From the NCBI GenBank assembly GCA_002409965.1, contig DHON01000112.1:555-64554 (forward strand): a DNA stretch of 64,000 nucleotides. Reading direction: 5' to 3'. The stretch is from Firmicutes bacterium UBA5389 (GTDB taxonomy: Bacteria > Bacillota > DTU025). Below, piece by piece: positions 50,640-61,643 of this stretch. The stretch's first letter is position 1; each line of letters begins with the position of its first letter. Under the pieces are notes generated by a model, which saw only the letters and a list, made by a program, of their open reading frames with translations, was not told the origin of the DNA and searched no databases. The position numbers and the translations under genes are program-made.

Positions 50640-52640
50640 CTAGGCCGGCGCGCCTTCGGGGTTGGGCTCACGCTTGCCGCCCGACTTCAACCTCTCCTCG
50701 ATGGCTGCAAGGGTGCCTCTGGCGTCCCCGGCTGACGGAGCCGGCGACTCCGATCCCGGTCCACGAGTCGCCGCAGTCTGCGCGCCCCGCGCCCCGGCCC
50801 GGCTAGCTTCGGCAGTGTCTGCCAGGATGCCCTCGAGTTCATCGCCCTCGACGGTCTCCCTCTCCTTGAGGGTCTGAGCCAGCTTGTGCAGCTTATCGAC
50901 GTTATCGGAGAGCATCTGCCGCGCCCGATCATGGGCAGCGGTCACTATCTTGTGAACCTCTTCGTCGATCTTCGCGGCCACCTCTTCACTGTAGTTACGG
51001 TCGCGGGAAATATCGCGCCCCAGGAAGACCTGCTCCTCCTGGCTGCGGCCGAACGTCATCGGGCCGAGTTCGCTCATGCCGTATTCAGTGACCATCTTGC
51101 GAGCGGTCTTGCTCACGCGCTCCAAGTCCATGCCGGCGCCGGTGCTGATCTCGCCCAGCACCAGCTCTTCTGCAACCCGACCGCCCAGGGCCACTATGAT
51201 CTCATTCATGATCTCAGACTTCGTGGAGTACCGATATCTCCTGTCGTCCTCCGGCACCATCAGGGTGTAGCCTCCGGCCCGTCCTCGGCCCACTATCGAC
51301 ACCTTGACAACCGGATCGGCTCCCGGCAGGAGGTGGGCCAGCATCGCGTGGCCCGACTCATGATAGGCCACCAGATCCCTCTCGCGCTCGCTCATGATCC
51401 GGCCCTTCTTGGCGGGACCCGCCACTATTCGCTCTATCGCCTCCGACATCTCGGCCATAGCCACCTTTTTCTTGTTGAGCCTGGCCGCCAGTAGCGCCGC
51501 TTCGTTCAAGAGGTTCGCAAGGTCAGCGCCGGTGAAACCGGGGGTGCGCTTGGAAAGCGCTTTGAGATCCACATCCGGTTCCAGAGGTTTGTTCTTGGCG
51601 TGAATCTTGAGTATCTCCTCTCTCCCGCGCTGATCGGGCGCATCCACCACTATGTGCCGGTCGAACCTGCCCGCGCGCAGCAACGCGGGATCGAGGACAT
51701 CGGGCCTGTTAGTCGCGGCCAGGATTATGATCCCGGAATTGGGATCGAACCCGTCCATCTCGGAGAGCAGCTGATTGAGGGTCTGCTCACGCTCATCATG
51801 ACCGCCGCCCAAACCGGCGCCTCTCTGCCGCCCCACCGCGTCGATCTCATCGATAAACACAATACACGGAGCGTTCTTCTTCGCCTGGTCGAACATGTCG
51901 CGCACACGGCTCGCGCCCACGCCCACGAACATCTCCACAAAGTCGGAGCCGCTGACGCTGAAGAACGGAACATCCGCCTCGCCCGCCACTGCCTTGGCGA
52001 GCAGGGTCTTGCCGGTTCCGGGAGGACCCACCAGCAGAATGCCCCTGGGTATCCTGGCCCCAAGCTCGATATAGCGCTTGGGGTGCTTCAAGTAGTCGAC
52101 GATCTCCACGAGTTCCTCTTTGACCTCGTCCACTCCGGCAACGTCGTCGAATGTCACGCGCCCTCGCTCGCTGGCATGGAGTTTGGCCCGGCTCCGCCCG
52201 AACTGCATCGCCTTGTTGCCCCCGCCCTGAAGCTGGTTCATGATGAAGAAGAACACAGCGAACAGCAACACTATCGATATCAGATTGGGGATAAGCGCAA
52301 TCCACCAGGCCCCCTGACTTTCAGGAATCATGCTGATCTCGACGCGCGATGCAAGTTCAGGGTCGTTCCTAACATCCTCGACCAAGCCCTTCACATCGGG
52401 GTAGTACAGCTTGAACTTTCGCCCATCGTCAAGAGTGCCCCGGATTGCGTTATCGCCGACTATCTCGAGTTGCGTAACCTTCCGATCCTGCCAGTATTTC
52501 ATGAACTGGCTAGCCGAGATCTCATCGGTGCGGGATTTGCCCATGAAGAGCGAGTTGGATATGGAGACTGCTATCAGGCCGAGCAACAGCCATAGAGCAA
52601 GGCTTTTCATCAACCTATTGTTCACGGCAAGTAGGCGCAA
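50640..52640 (-). CDS. ftsH: ATP-dependent zinc metalloprotease FtsH
   Basis: AAA+ Walker [12 protein letters not shown], and the zinc motif HESGHA. N-terminal TM helix. The start could be TTG 52640 or ATG 52610. Confidence 0.9.
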   Translation of the reverse strand: MRLLAVNNRLMKSLALWLLLGLIAVSISNSLFMGKSRTDEISASQFMKYWQDRKVTQLEIVGDNAIRGTLDDGRKFKLYYPDVKGLVEDVRNDPELASRVEISMIPESQGAWWIALIPNLISIVLLFAVFFFIMNQLQGGGNKAMQFGRSRAKLHASERGRVTFDDVAGVDEVKEELVEIVDYLKHPKRYIELGARIPRGILLVGPPGTGKTLLAKAVAGEADVPFFSVSGSDFVEMFVGVGASRVRDMFDQAKKNAPCIVFIDEIDAVGRQRGAGLGGGHDEREQTLNQLLSEMDGFDPNSGIIILAATNRPDVLDPALLRAGRFDRHIVVDAPDQRGREEILKIHAKNKPLEPDVDLKALSKRTPGFTGADLANLLNEAALLAARLNKKKVAMAEMSEAIERIVAGPAKKGRIMSERERDLVAYHESGHAMLAHLLPGADPVVKVSIVGRGRAGGYTLMVPEDDRRYRYSTKSEIMNEIIVALGGRVAEELVLGEISTGAGMDLERVSKTARKMVTEYGMSELGPMTFGRSQEEQVFLGRDISRDRNYSEEVAAKIDEEVHKIVTAAHDRARQMLSDNVDKLHKLAQTLKERETVEGDELEGILADTAEASRAGARGAQTAATRGPGSESPAPSAGDARGTLAAIEERLKSGGKREPNPEGAPA

Positions 52641-52757
52641 GACGCCCTCTGCATCAGGACATCGTGGTACATGCGCCTTCCTCCTTCCCTGACTAATTCA
52701 GGTGCATGCTGCAAATGCAACCCCAAATAATAGATAATCCCCGTTATGCGTGAACAC

Positions 52758-52786
52758 ATTATAGCATAGCGCCTTTTCTATCACAA
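52758..52786 (-). promoter_or_regulatory. ftsH promoter candidate: TTGTGA-N17-TATAAT on the minus strand, giving a 5' UTR of about 110 nt
   Basis: rc of 52781-52786 = TTGTGA. rc of 52758-52763 = TATAAT. Lies in the AT-richer 184-bp gap between tilS and ftsH. Confidence 0.4.
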
Positions 52787-52824
52787 ACGAAACACATGGC
52801 CGTACAGTTTCCTCACCAACCGGT

Positions 52825-54399
52825 TTATGCATCATCGACGCAATCATCCGCGTTGGCCACCACGACGACCAGATGCTTCGTGGAAGATGTCACCGCTCCT
52901 CGCCCGCTCGCTCTCACGCCCACAACCCACAGTACCTCATCGCCGGAAGCCAGCACCGCCAGGCGCGACCGGTGCGACCGGGGCACCTTCTCGTCCACGA
53001 ACAGATCAGACAGTCTCTTGGCGCCCGCCATCCCAAAAGGAGAGATCCTGTCGCCTGCGCGCCAAGGGCGGACGACCAGCGTATTCAGGTCTATCTGGTC
53101 TGCGTCGAACACTGCCCACTCCCGACCGATGCCGAGAGCATCCACACACAGCCCGCGAAACCCTGAGCCGGCCAGCGCGCAGTTGGCCATGCAGGCCAGT
53201 TCGGCCAGGCTTGAGGGCTCGCCGGCCGGCCCTTCACCTGCGCCTGCGCAGACTGTGATCCCAGCCCACCCCACAGGGCTCACTCCCGGCACAGCGACTT
53301 GAATCTCACGTGGCTCGCAGGACCCGCCCGCGCTGAACAGACCGTCAAGCTCGGCAGACTCGGCCGACTCTACCACTATTGTATCGTACGTGAGGCGGGC
53401 CCGTACGCCTTTGGGCAAGTCTATCGAATTCCCTGCACTCCCGCTACTAGCCAGAGCCGCCATGGCGTCTATGTGAGTCCAGTAGAGATCGCGGCTCCCT
53501 CCCGCCGCTGCCGCGAAAGCCAGCGCGAACGCGCGCGAGGCGACAGGCGCTGCGGCTTGCCGCAGCGTATCCCGGTCGAGTTCGACCCGCCCCTGCCGTG
53601 CGCCAGAATCCACGGTTGCGCCGGCGGTCGCCGCAGCCGCAGCCGCGTCCAGCAGCTCGAGCGCCTGCTTCTCAAGGTATTGCTCATCTTGCGCCGCCAG
53701 GTGCGCAAGCCGGGCCAGTCCAACGCGGATGTGGGAGTTGTAGTCGCGCTCCAGAAGCGGCAGAAGTTCACAGCGCACCCTGTTGCGGAAGTACTGCGTG
53801 TCCGCATTCGTCGGATCAGTGCGCGTTGCCAGCCCCCGCTGCATGCAGTACTCTTCTATCTGCGCGCGCGACACTTCAATGAACGGCCTGATCACCGTGA
53901 CCCCATCGCCCAGCTCGCGCACGGGCGGAATGCCGGCCAATCCGCGCAGGCCGGCGCCGCGAAGTATGCGCATGAGCACCGTTTCGGCCTGGTCGTCGGC
54001 GTGGTGGGCCACCGCCGCCCGGGCAAACCCGCGCTCGACGCAGATTCTGCGGTACAGCCCGTAACGGGCATCGCGCCCTGCGTCTTCCACAGTAACCCCG
54101 AGTTCCCTCGCCAGTCGCGGCACGTCCACCCTCTCCACAGTAAAGGGTATACTCAAAGACTGCGCCAACTCCTCCACGAACAGTGCATCCTCATCGGCGC
54201 CGACCCCGCGTATCATGTGATTCACATGGGCTATATGAAGCTTGAGACTGTACCGTGGAGCAATAGAGTTGAGAAAATGAAGGAGAGATACGGAATCGGG
54301 CCCCCCCGAGACCCCCACCACCACGCCATCGCCAGTATCGATCATGGAATACTTGCGCATCGTCTCCAGAGCGATCCTGGCCAGACTATTGCGGCTCAT
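52825..54399 (-). CDS. tilS: tRNA(Ile)-lysidine synthetase with an extended C-terminal region
   Basis: PP-loop SGGPDS. TilS pattern. Start at ATG 54399 with a GGAGGGTGAGG RBS. 14-nt overlap with the spoIIE-like stop. Confidence 0.8.
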   Translation of the reverse strand: MSRNSLARIALETMRKYSMIDTGDGVVVGVSGGPDSVSLLHFLNSIAPRYSLKLHIAHVNHMIRGVGADEDALFVEELAQSLSIPFTVERVDVPRLARELGVTVEDAGRDARYGLYRRICVERGFARAAVAHHADDQAETVLMRILRGAGLRGLAGIPPVRELGDGVTVIRPFIEVSRAQIEEYCMQRGLATRTDPTNADTQYFRNRVRCELLPLLERDYNSHIRVGLARLAHLAAQDEQYLEKQALELLDAAAAAATAGATVDSGARQGRVELDRDTLRQAAAPVASRAFALAFAAAAGGSRDLYWTHIDAMAALASSGSAGNSIDLPKGVRARLTYDTIVVESAESAELDGLFSAGGSCEPREIQVAVPGVSPVGWAGITVCAGAGEGPAGEPSSLAELACMANCALAGSGFRGLCVDALGIGREWAVFDADQIDLNTLVVRPWRAGDRISPFGMAGAKRLSDLFVDEKVPRSHRSRLAVLASGDEVLWVVGVRASGRGAVTSSTKHLVVVVANADDCVDDA

Positions 54400-57061
54400 C
54401 AACCTCACCCTCCGGGGAAGACGTTTCCACAACACGCGCGTCTATCCCTGCCACGCCTGCCATTCCTGCATCCGCCGTTGCCTTCGCCAACCGGGCCACG
54501 AACACCGTCATATCGTCTCTGGACGGCTTCTGCACACCTCCACCCCGCGTGGGCGTTCCGGCCCTGGCCCAGTTCATCACCGTCTGCGCCACACTCGACG
54601 GGCAGCCGTCCGGGGCCCGCTGGATGACGCGCGCTAGCTCAGCATCGACTTCGGGCAGGTCGCTCTGGCCCTCGGTCACTCCGTCTGTAGCCAGCACGAT
54701 GATGTCGCCCTCTTCGAGGGTATGATGGAAACTCGCAGTACGGGCAGGAATCGACACGCCGGCCGGCGCAGACGGCGCGCCGATGGCCGTTACGCGTGAG
54801 CCGCGCCTGATATAGGCAGGCGGAGCCCCCGCCTTGATCATCTCGGCATCGCCACTGTAGAGATCAACGACCACAACATCCAGCGTGGCGAAGGGGTCGG
54901 AGGCTGGGCGCACCGACATGAGGGCGTTCACAGTCTCCACTGCGAACGCGGCGTCCAGGCCAGTCTGGAGCAGCCTGGCCAAAGCCGACACCGTAGCCTG
55001 GCTCTGGGCCGATGCGACCCGGCCCACGCCCATCCCGTCTGAGATGAGCACTGCGACCCTGCCATCGCCCAGACTGACCACACTGTGATAGTCCCCGCTA
55101 ACATCATTCTCAGTCCTCGGCACCGAGAGCGCCTCCGTCTCCAGCGCATACCGACACGCGGGCAACAGACGCACACTGCACTCGGCCGTTGTCGGCCGCC
55201 GGGGGGCGCAAGAAGAGCGCTGGACATCCCCAACCAACATGGAGCGTCCTACCACTCCGGAAACAGCCGGAGCCATGGTGTGGACGCACTCGCCGGCACA
55301 CTCGCACGCGCGATCGCACTCTGCCCTTACCACCTGCACCTGGAGCCCTCCCCGCCCAGTGTTGGACACGCTCACACACTTGGTCTCGATGCCGGCTCGC
55401 TTGAGGCGCCCGCGGATGGCGCGCTCAGCCTCTTCGTTGGACGCCATCGCCGACTGCGACTCGAACGCCGCGCGGGTTAGGGCGTGGGCGACGCCGGCTG
55501 TCTGCAGCGACAAGATGGCCGCGGCCGCCTCCATCGGCATGGAAAACGAAGCCTCCCTTGTAGGCTGCGCCGCCGGGGCAACCAACAGCGGCCCCACGAC
55601 GCAAGCGGCCGCCCTGGCCAGCGCCTCGCGGCGCGAACACCGGCCCACTAGCCCCCGGGGCAGTCCGGCTGCATCAATCTCACCGAATAGCTCAGCAAGG
55701 GCCAGTGCATCCACGATCTCTCGATAGGTACGGAAGAATAGCTCCTTCCAGCATGAATTGTAGGACGCGCAGCCGGAGCATGCCCGAGCTCTGACAGCCG
55801 CGACTGATGAGGCTATGTCGCGCGGCCGTTCGTCCAGATCCTCCCCGTGGTCAGCCGCAGCCGACTCGCCCGCCGCCGAGTTCACGGTGCCGAACGGCGC
55901 CCCGCCATATGCGAGCGACAGGTCCTGGAAGACTCTCGCAGTCGCAAGCAGCCTCTCGTACACCAGATGGTGCACCCGGGCGCGGCACTCATCCTGACGT
56001 CCCGCGGCATGGGCCTCAAGCGGAAGCCTCCAGGCGATTTCCCCCACCCACCTAGCCGGGGTCGCCATCAGAGCGACCGCAGCCATGGATGCCTCGACGA
56101 GGAACCCAGTCAGTTCGCCGGGCGTGCCGAACTGCCTCCCGAAGAACATCGCCGACAGCAAAATGGCAGGGGCAGCGAGGCCTCTGCTCCGTCTGCCCAC
56201 GATCCCGGATACAGCCCCCGCGGCCGCGGCGGCGCCGACAATGGCCCCCGGCACATCGCCGGCCGCGGACATGGCCAACCCGGCCGCGCCTCCTGCTATG
56301 GCCCCGGCGCCGGGGCCCGCCATGATGCCTGAGACCGCCGACAAGTAGAAAGCCGCAATTGCCCCCAAAGACACACCCGAGAAGGAGATTCGGTCAAGCC
56401 CGGCGCACGCGATCCCAGCGCCGAGAAGCAGCGATGCGACATCCAGTCGCGAAGGCAGGCGCGGATCGCCGCCCCCCGGGCTCCGCCACGCCAGTGCCGC
56501 CGGGACAATGACGGCGGCTGCAGCGCCGGCAAGCGCCGCTTCGGACAGGGCTACTACAGGCAGGTGCACGCCCTGACCTGCGATGATCTGGGCGAGCGCC
56601 GCTCCGGTGCCAGACGCAAGAAACACGCACGTCCCCGCCAACCATCCCGTCCATTTTCGAACGCCTCCCGGAAGCGCCAAAAGAAGAGCAGACGATATGG
56701 ACAGGGCCATCACCGCCACAGGCCCGCCCGCAAATGCACTACCGATGAACGCGCCCGCGATCGCGGGCATGACGCGCGCTGCATCGCTGTTGCATGACGC
56801 CGCGGCGGCCCCGACAGCCACTATCCCAAAAGGAGAATAGGCGCCAAGCAACCTGGCAGTACCGGCCAGGAAGCCTGCGGCGCCTATTGCCATGGGCCCT
56901 AGGGCCCAGAGAAAACGCGAGAGGCGCAGGCCGCGCGAACCACGCGCGCGCTGCGGGATGCGTGGGGCGCGTGGGGCGCGTGGGGTGTGCGCTGCGCTGG
57001 GTCTGCCGCCCGATGGCGGTCTTCGCTGTCTTCGGAATACACCCACGCGGTCGTCTATCAT
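54386..57061 (-). CDS. spoIIE: Stage II sporulation protein E-like membrane PP2C phosphatase
   Basis: Basic cytoplasmic N-terminus. About 10 hydrophobic segments. Central regulatory region. C-terminal PP2C/SpoIIE domain (DYHSVVSLGDGRVAVLISDGMGVG...LATDGV). Synteny spoIIE-tilS-ftsH as in Bacillus. Start at ATG 57061 with a GGAGGGTGG RBS. Confidence 0.7.
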   Translation of the reverse strand: MIDDRVGVFRRQRRPPSGGRPSAAHTPRAPRAPRIPQRARGSRGLRLSRFLWALGPMAIGAAGFLAGTARLLGAYSPFGIVAVGAAAASCNSDAARVMPAIAGAFIGSAFAGGPVAVMALSISSALLLALPGGVRKWTGWLAGTCVFLASGTGAALAQIIAGQGVHLPVVALSEAALAGAAAAVIVPAALAWRSPGGGDPRLPSRLDVASLLLGAGIACAGLDRISFSGVSLGAIAAFYLSAVSGIMAGPGAGAIAGGAAGLAMSAAGDVPGAIVGAAAAAGAVSGIVGRRSRGLAAPAILLSAMFFGRQFGTPGELTGFLVEASMAAVALMATPARWVGEIAWRLPLEAHAAGRQDECRARVHHLVYERLLATARVFQDLSLAYGGAPFGTVNSAAGESAAADHGEDLDERPRDIASSVAAVRARACSGCASYNSCWKELFFRTYREIVDALALAELFGEIDAAGLPRGLVGRCSRREALARAAACVVGPLLVAPAAQPTREASFSMPMEAAAAILSLQTAGVAHALTRAAFESQSAMASNEEAERAIRGRLKRAGIETKCVSVSNTGRGGLQVQVVRAECDRACECAGECVHTMAPAVSGVVGRSMLVGDVQRSSCAPRRPTTAECSVRLLPACRYALETEALSVPRTENDVSGDYHSVVSLGDGRVAVLISDGMGVGRVASAQSQATVSALARLLQTGLDAAFAVETVNALMSVRPASDPFATLDVVVVDLYSGDAEMIKAGAPPAYIRRGSRVTAIGAPSAPAGVSIPARTASFHHTLEEGDIIVLATDGVTEGQSDLPEVDAELARVIQRAPDGCPSSVAQTVMNWARAGTPTRGGGVQKPSRDDMTVFVARLAKATADAGMAGVAGIDARVVETSSPEGEVDEPQ

Positions 57062-57206
57062 CCGTGCCACCCTCCGGTGTATGTAGGCGCCGCCCCCCGC
57101 CGGCAGCATTCCTCACACACACTGCGTTGATGCCTCGGATGATTCTAACACGCAAGCAGCGTGAAACATGTAGATTGGTCTAGGGGCGGCCCATGAAAAG
57201 ACGACA

Positions 57207-58580
57207 TCAAATGTGTACTGCTCGCCCCATAACCGCCTCCGCCGCCTCCGCCGTGGATTCGGCCAGAGTAGGATGGGCGTGAATGGTGTGCTCGATGTCT
57301 TCCAGTTTGAGGCGGCGCGACACGGCCAAGGCAATCTCAGCAATGAGATCGGACGCGTGCGCGCCAACAACCTGACCCCCGATCACCCGACCGGCGCTGT
57401 CGACGATGATCTTGACGAATCCCTCCGGCGCGCCCATAGCCATCGCCTTGCCTGATGCCAGGAAGGGGAACTTGCCCACTCTGTGGTCGATGCCCGACTC
57501 GAGCGCGCTCCGCTCCGACACGCCCACCACGGCAATCTCCGGGTTCGTGAATATGCAGTTCGGGACGGCGTAATACTCCATGCTGCGGTTCTGGCCAGCC
57601 GCGTTGGCTGCCACTGCAAGGCCTTGTGCAGAAGCAACGTGAGCCAGTTGCGACTTGCCGGTGACATCGCCGATCGCCCAGATCCCTGCCACGTTAGTCC
57701 GCATGCGCGAATCCACGACGATCTCTCCGGAATTGCCGGTCTCGACGCCTACATCGGAAGCGCCGACTCCGCCTGTAGTCGAGCGACGCCCCACCGACAG
57801 CACGCCCTTCTCGGCCGCTAGCGTCTTTCCGTTCTCGCAAGCCGCTTCAACTCGGCCGTCCGCGACCTTCACTTCAGTTATCTTCGTCCCGGTGTGTATC
57901 CTAATACCTCGTTTCGCGAAGGCCGTGCGCACCACAGCAGCCACATCGTCATCGACCATAGGCAGTATGCTGGGCATTATGTCGACCAGAGTGACCTCAC
58001 AGCCGAACGCGCGAAAGATACTGGCGAATTCGCATCCGATCACCCCGGCCCCCACGATCAGCATGCTCTCCGGCAGTTCCTTCAGCTTCAGGACATCCTC
58101 GCTGGTAAGCATGTTGACTCCATCATACCCGAACATCCTCGGGGCAATGGGCTCAGACCCTGTGGCGATCACAATGGTGCGTGCTTCCAGCCGCGTGGTC
58201 GACCCGTCCAAGGCCGTCGCCTCAACCGCGCGCGTGCCGGCCAGCGTGCCAACGCCGCTCAATACGTCGATCTTGCGTCTCTTAAGCAACAAGCCGATGC
58301 CGCCGCGAAGCCTCGCAACCACCCTGTCTTTCCTAGCCATCACACGGGCGAAATCCACCCGCGCTTCTGGGATGACGAGCCCCAGATCCGCGCCGCGGCT
58401 CACCGCATCCATGACATCCGCTGTGTGGGCAAGAGCCTTCGTGGGTATGCAACCTCGATTGAGGCACGTGCCTCCGAGCTGACCTTTCTCTACGAGCGCC
58501 ACCGACAGGCCGTTCTGGGCGGCTCTGATGGCGCATACGTAACCCCCTGGACCTCCGCCGATTATCACGATATCGTGCAT
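57207..58580 (-). CDS. lpd: Dihydrolipoyl dehydrogenase (E3 / L-protein)
   Basis: MHDIVIIGGGPGGYVCAIRAAQNGL...GGTCLNRGCIPTKAL redox-active disulfide. Start at ATG 58580 with a GGAGGA RBS. The 298-codon N-terminal extension of the opposite-strand track ORF is discarded. Confidence 0.9.
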   Translation of the reverse strand: MHDIVIIGGGPGGYVCAIRAAQNGLSVALVEKGQLGGTCLNRGCIPTKALAHTADVMDAVSRGADLGLVIPEARVDFARVMARKDRVVARLRGGIGLLLKRRKIDVLSGVGTLAGTRAVEATALDGSTTRLEARTIVIATGSEPIAPRMFGYDGVNMLTSEDVLKLKELPESMLIVGAGVIGCEFASIFRAFGCEVTLVDIMPSILPMVDDDVAAVVRTAFAKRGIRIHTGTKITEVKVADGRVEAACENGKTLAAEKGVLSVGRRSTTGGVGASDVGVETGNSGEIVVDSRMRTNVAGIWAIGDVTGKSQLAHVASAQGLAVAANAAGQNRSMEYYAVPNCIFTNPEIAVVGVSERSALESGIDHRVGKFPFLASGKAMAMGAPEGFVKIIVDSAGRVIGGQVVGAHASDLIAEIALAVSRRLKLEDIEHTIHAHPTLAESTAEAAEAVMGRAVHI

Positions 58581-58787
58581 AGTCTTGATCCTCCTAGTTA
58601 CTGGCCGCTGATGACAGTCGCAAGCCTGCCGTTGTATTCGTCCCTTAGGGTGCCCGTTCCTCCCGCTCTGCGGCTCAACCGCCCCGAGCTGCCGCTCGGC
58701 CGGTCGGCGAAGAGGAGAAGGACTTTGCATAGGCACAATGAATTAGAAGTAGGCAGCATGTTGTCAGCGAAAAAAGGAGGTGGCGTG

Positions 58788-59897
58788 ATGTCGGAACTCC
58801 GCAAGACCCCACTATATGAAGCGCACGTGAAAGCAGGAGGGCGGATAGTGGACTTCGGCGGCTGGGCTCTTCCCGTGCAGTATTCCGGCATTCTCGAGGA
58901 ACACCGGGCGGTGAGGGAGAAGGCAGGGCTGTTTGACGTGTCGCACATGGGCGAGGTTCACCTGACCGGACCGGACGCCCTGCCGTTCATCCAGCGCCTG
59001 GTGACCAATGACTGTTCGAAGATGCAGGTGCGGCAGATCGTCTACAGCCCCATGTGCTACCCTGACGGCGGCGTGGTCGACGACATACTAATCTACCGAG
59101 TATGCGAGAATGACTACTGGTTGGTAGTTAATGCCTCCAACACAGGCAAGGACTACGACTGGATCTTGCGCAATATCTCAGGATATGATGCGACAGTCAA
59201 GAATATCTCTTCGCAGGTGGCGCAGATAGCGATACAGGGCCCGGCAGCGCAGACCATACTGCAGAGGAACGCCGCGGACGACCTGGACTCGATCAAGTTC
59301 TTCTGGTGCCTTCCCGCGGCGACGATAGCCGGGCGGAAGTGCCTAGTATCGCGCACTGGATACACAGGTGAAGACGGTTTTGAGATCTACTGCAAGCCCG
59401 AAGACGCCCGCCATATCTGGGATACTCTCCTGGAGTCGGGCAAGGCCGACGGGCTGATCCCCGCGGGCCTGGGCGCCCGCGACTCACTCCGCTTTGAGGC
59501 GGCTCTGCCCCTGTACGGGCATGAGATCTCGCAGTCCATTTCGCCTCTCCAGGGCAATCTGGGCTTCTTCGTGAAACTCGACAAACCCGATTTCATCGGG
59601 CGCGAGGCGCTCACGGCCGCAAAGCAGCAGGGGCTGGCCTCCCGGGTGGTCGGCCTGGAGCTTGCCGGCCGCGGCGTGCCGCGCGAGGGCTACCCTGTGC
59701 TGGCCGCAGGCCAGGAGATCGGTCGGGTCACGTCCGGAATGTTCTCGCCAACGTTTGGTCGGGGCCTCGCAATGGCCCTGGTATCCACAGAATATGCCAA
59801 GGCTGGAACGGAGCTCGCCATCGATATCCGGGGCAAAGCCGTGCCGGTCCGAGTGGTCAAAACTCCATTCTACAAAAAGGCTTACAGGAAGGGGTAG
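58788..59897 (+). CDS. gcvT: Glycine cleavage system T protein (aminomethyltransferase)
   Basis: TPLYEAHVKAGGRIVDFGGWALPVQYSGILEEHRAVREKAGLFDVSHMG matches the GcvT family. ATG 58788 with an AAGGAGGTGG RBS. Confidence 0.9.
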   Translation: MSELRKTPLYEAHVKAGGRIVDFGGWALPVQYSGILEEHRAVREKAGLFDVSHMGEVHLTGPDALPFIQRLVTNDCSKMQVRQIVYSPMCYPDGGVVDDILIYRVCENDYWLVVNASNTGKDYDWILRNISGYDATVKNISSQVAQIAIQGPAAQTILQRNAADDLDSIKFFWCLPAATIAGRKCLVSRTGYTGEDGFEIYCKPEDARHIWDTLLESGKADGLIPAGLGARDSLRFEAALPLYGHEISQSISPLQGNLGFFVKLDKPDFIGREALTAAKQQGLASRVVGLELAGRGVPREGYPVLAAGQEIGRVTSGMFSPTFGRGLAMALVSTEYAKAGTELAIDIRGKAVPVRVVKTPFYKKAYRKG

Positions 59898-59904
59898 ATC
59901 GGAA

Positions 59905-60285
59905 ATGTCTTCAGTGAAGTACACTCGCGAGCACGAATGGGTCAAGGTCGAAGAGAACATAGCCACCATCGGCATCACCGACTTCGCCGTGCAGGAACTG
60001 GGGGACCTGGTGTACGTGGAACTACCTGCGCCGGGCGAAAAGATCCGGGCTGGCGAAAGACTCGCAGCGGTGGAATCGGTGAAGGCCGCGTCGGACGTGT
60101 TCGCCCCTGTGTCAGGCGAGGTCGTAGAGGCCAACGAGGCGCTCGAGGACGAGGCCGGTCTTCTGAATGAGAGCCCTATGGGCGAAGGGTGGATCGCCCG
60201 ATTGGAAATGAGCGACCCTTCCGAGTTGGACGCCCTCATGGACCGCGCCCAGTATGACGAGTTCGTGAAGGAGGCCGGCCACTGA
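59905..60285 (+). CDS. gcvH: Glycine cleavage system H protein (lipoyl carrier)
   Basis: YTREHEWVKVE...ESVKAASDVFAPVSGEV, with the lipoyl-lysine context. Confidence 0.9.
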   Translation: MSSVKYTREHEWVKVEENIATIGITDFAVQELGDLVYVELPAPGEKIRAGERLAAVESVKAASDVFAPVSGEVVEANEALEDEAGLLNESPMGEGWIARLEMSDPSELDALMDRAQYDEFVKEAGH

Positions 60286-61643
60286 TGGGCTCGCCGCACA
60301 GGTTCATCCCCAATACTGAGGCCGATGTGCAGGCGATGCTCGAGGTGGTGGGCGCAAGCCGCATCGACGACCTCTTCGCCGACATTCCACAGGAGTTCCG
60401 TCTGACGCGCCCGCTGGCCATGCCGGCGGCGCTCACTGAACCCGAACTCATGTCGGAGCTATCGCGTCTTTCGTCGAAGTGCGCCAACGCCGACGAGTGC
60501 GCGTGCTACCTCGGGGCCGGGATCTACGACCACTACATTCCAAGCGTGATCGATCACATGATCAGCCGCGGCGAGTTCTACACCGCCTATACCCCCTATC
60601 AAGCTGAGGTGAGCCAGGGCACACTGCAGGCGATCTTCGAGTATCAGACCATGATCTCGGAGCTGACCGGCATGGAGGTATCCAACGCGTCCATGTACGA
60701 CGCTGGCACCGGCACGGCCGAGGCGGCCATCATGGCATGCGCCTCCACCAGACGCAGCAAGGTGCTGGTATCGAAGGCAGTCAACCCCAGGTACCGGCAG
60801 GTTCTGCAGACCTACGCCGCCCCGCGCGGCATAGACGTGACGGAAGTCGACTTCTGCAAAAGTCGCGGCGTCACCCCGGTTTCGCAAGTGCCGGCTTCCC
60901 TCGCTGAAGACGCTGCTTGCCTCATAGTCCAGTCGCCCAACTATTTCGGCATCGTGGAGGAGATGGACCAGCTGGGCGAGGCTGTTCACGCGGGAGGCGG
61001 ACTTCTTGTGGCGGTGGTAAACCCGATCTCGCTGGGCATTCTGGCTCCTCCGGGGTCCTACGGCGCCGACATCGCCGTGGGAGAGGGGCAGCCCATGGGG
61101 ATATCCATGAGCTTCGGCGGACCGCTCTTGGGGTTCTTCGCAACCACAAGCAAACTGATGCGCAAGATGCCGGGGCGGCTGGTTGGACAGACAGTGGACG
61201 ATGCCGGGCGGCGCGGGTTCGCGCTCACACTTCAGGCGCGCGAACAGCATATCCGGCGCGAGAGCGCCACCAGCAATATCTGCTCCAACGAGGCCCTGTG
61301 CGCGCTGGCTTCCACGATATACATGAGCTTGATGGGGCCGGCAGGCATGCGGAAGGTAGCGGAAATCTGCACATACAGAGCCCACTACCTGCGGGATCGG
61401 ATGGAGTCCATCGCCGGATTCCAGATCCCGCTCTCCGGGCCGTTCTTCAACGAGTTCGTTGTGCGCTCTTCAATGCCATGCGATGACATGAACGAGGAGC
61501 TCCTGGCAGCCGGGATAATCGGCGGCAAGACCATCGAGCCCGAGTACCCGGAGCTTTCAGGGTGCACGCTGTGGGCGGTTACCGAGAAGCGCACTCGGGA
61601 ACAGCTCGACACACTCATTCGGGAACTGGAGGTGCTAGCATGA
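60285..61643 (+). CDS. gcvPA: Glycine dehydrogenase (decarboxylating) subunit 1
   Basis: GcvPA pattern ([17 protein letters not shown]...[18 protein letters not shown]). Confidence 0.9.
   Translation: MGSPHRFIPNTEADVQAMLEVVGASRIDDLFADIPQEFRLTRPLAMPAALTEPELMSELSRLSSKCANADECACYLGAGIYDHYIPSVIDHMISRGEFYTAYTPYQAEVSQGTLQAIFEYQTMISELTGMEVSNASMYDAGTGTAEAAIMACASTRRSKVLVSKAVNPRYRQVLQTYAAPRGIDVTEVDFCKSRGVTPVSQVPASLAEDAACLIVQSPNYFGIVEEMDQLGEAVHAGGGLLVAVVNPISLGILAPPGSYGADIAVGEGQPMGISMSFGGPLLGFFATTSKLMRKMPGRLVGQTVDDAGRRGFALTLQAREQHIRRESATSNICSNEALCALASTIYMSLMGPAGMRKVAEICTYRAHYLRDRMESIAGFQIPLSGPFFNEFVVRSSMPCDDMNEELLAAGIIGGKTIEPEYPELSGCTLWAVTEKRTREQLDTLIRELEVLA

Noticed and set aside
57062-57206. Spo0A boxes (TGTCGAA) or a sigma-A promoter with long spacing upstream of the spoIIE-like gene
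   Set aside because: No 0A-box consensus was found by eye. A TTAGAAT -10-like element exists, but no convincing -35. Not enough evidence to annotate it.
57894-58787. 298-codon N-terminal extension of the gcvT ORF overlapping lpd on the opposite strand
   Set aside because: gcvT has a clean ATG at 58788 behind an AAGGAGGTGG RBS, and the GcvT homology begins there. The upstream part is antisense to lpd.
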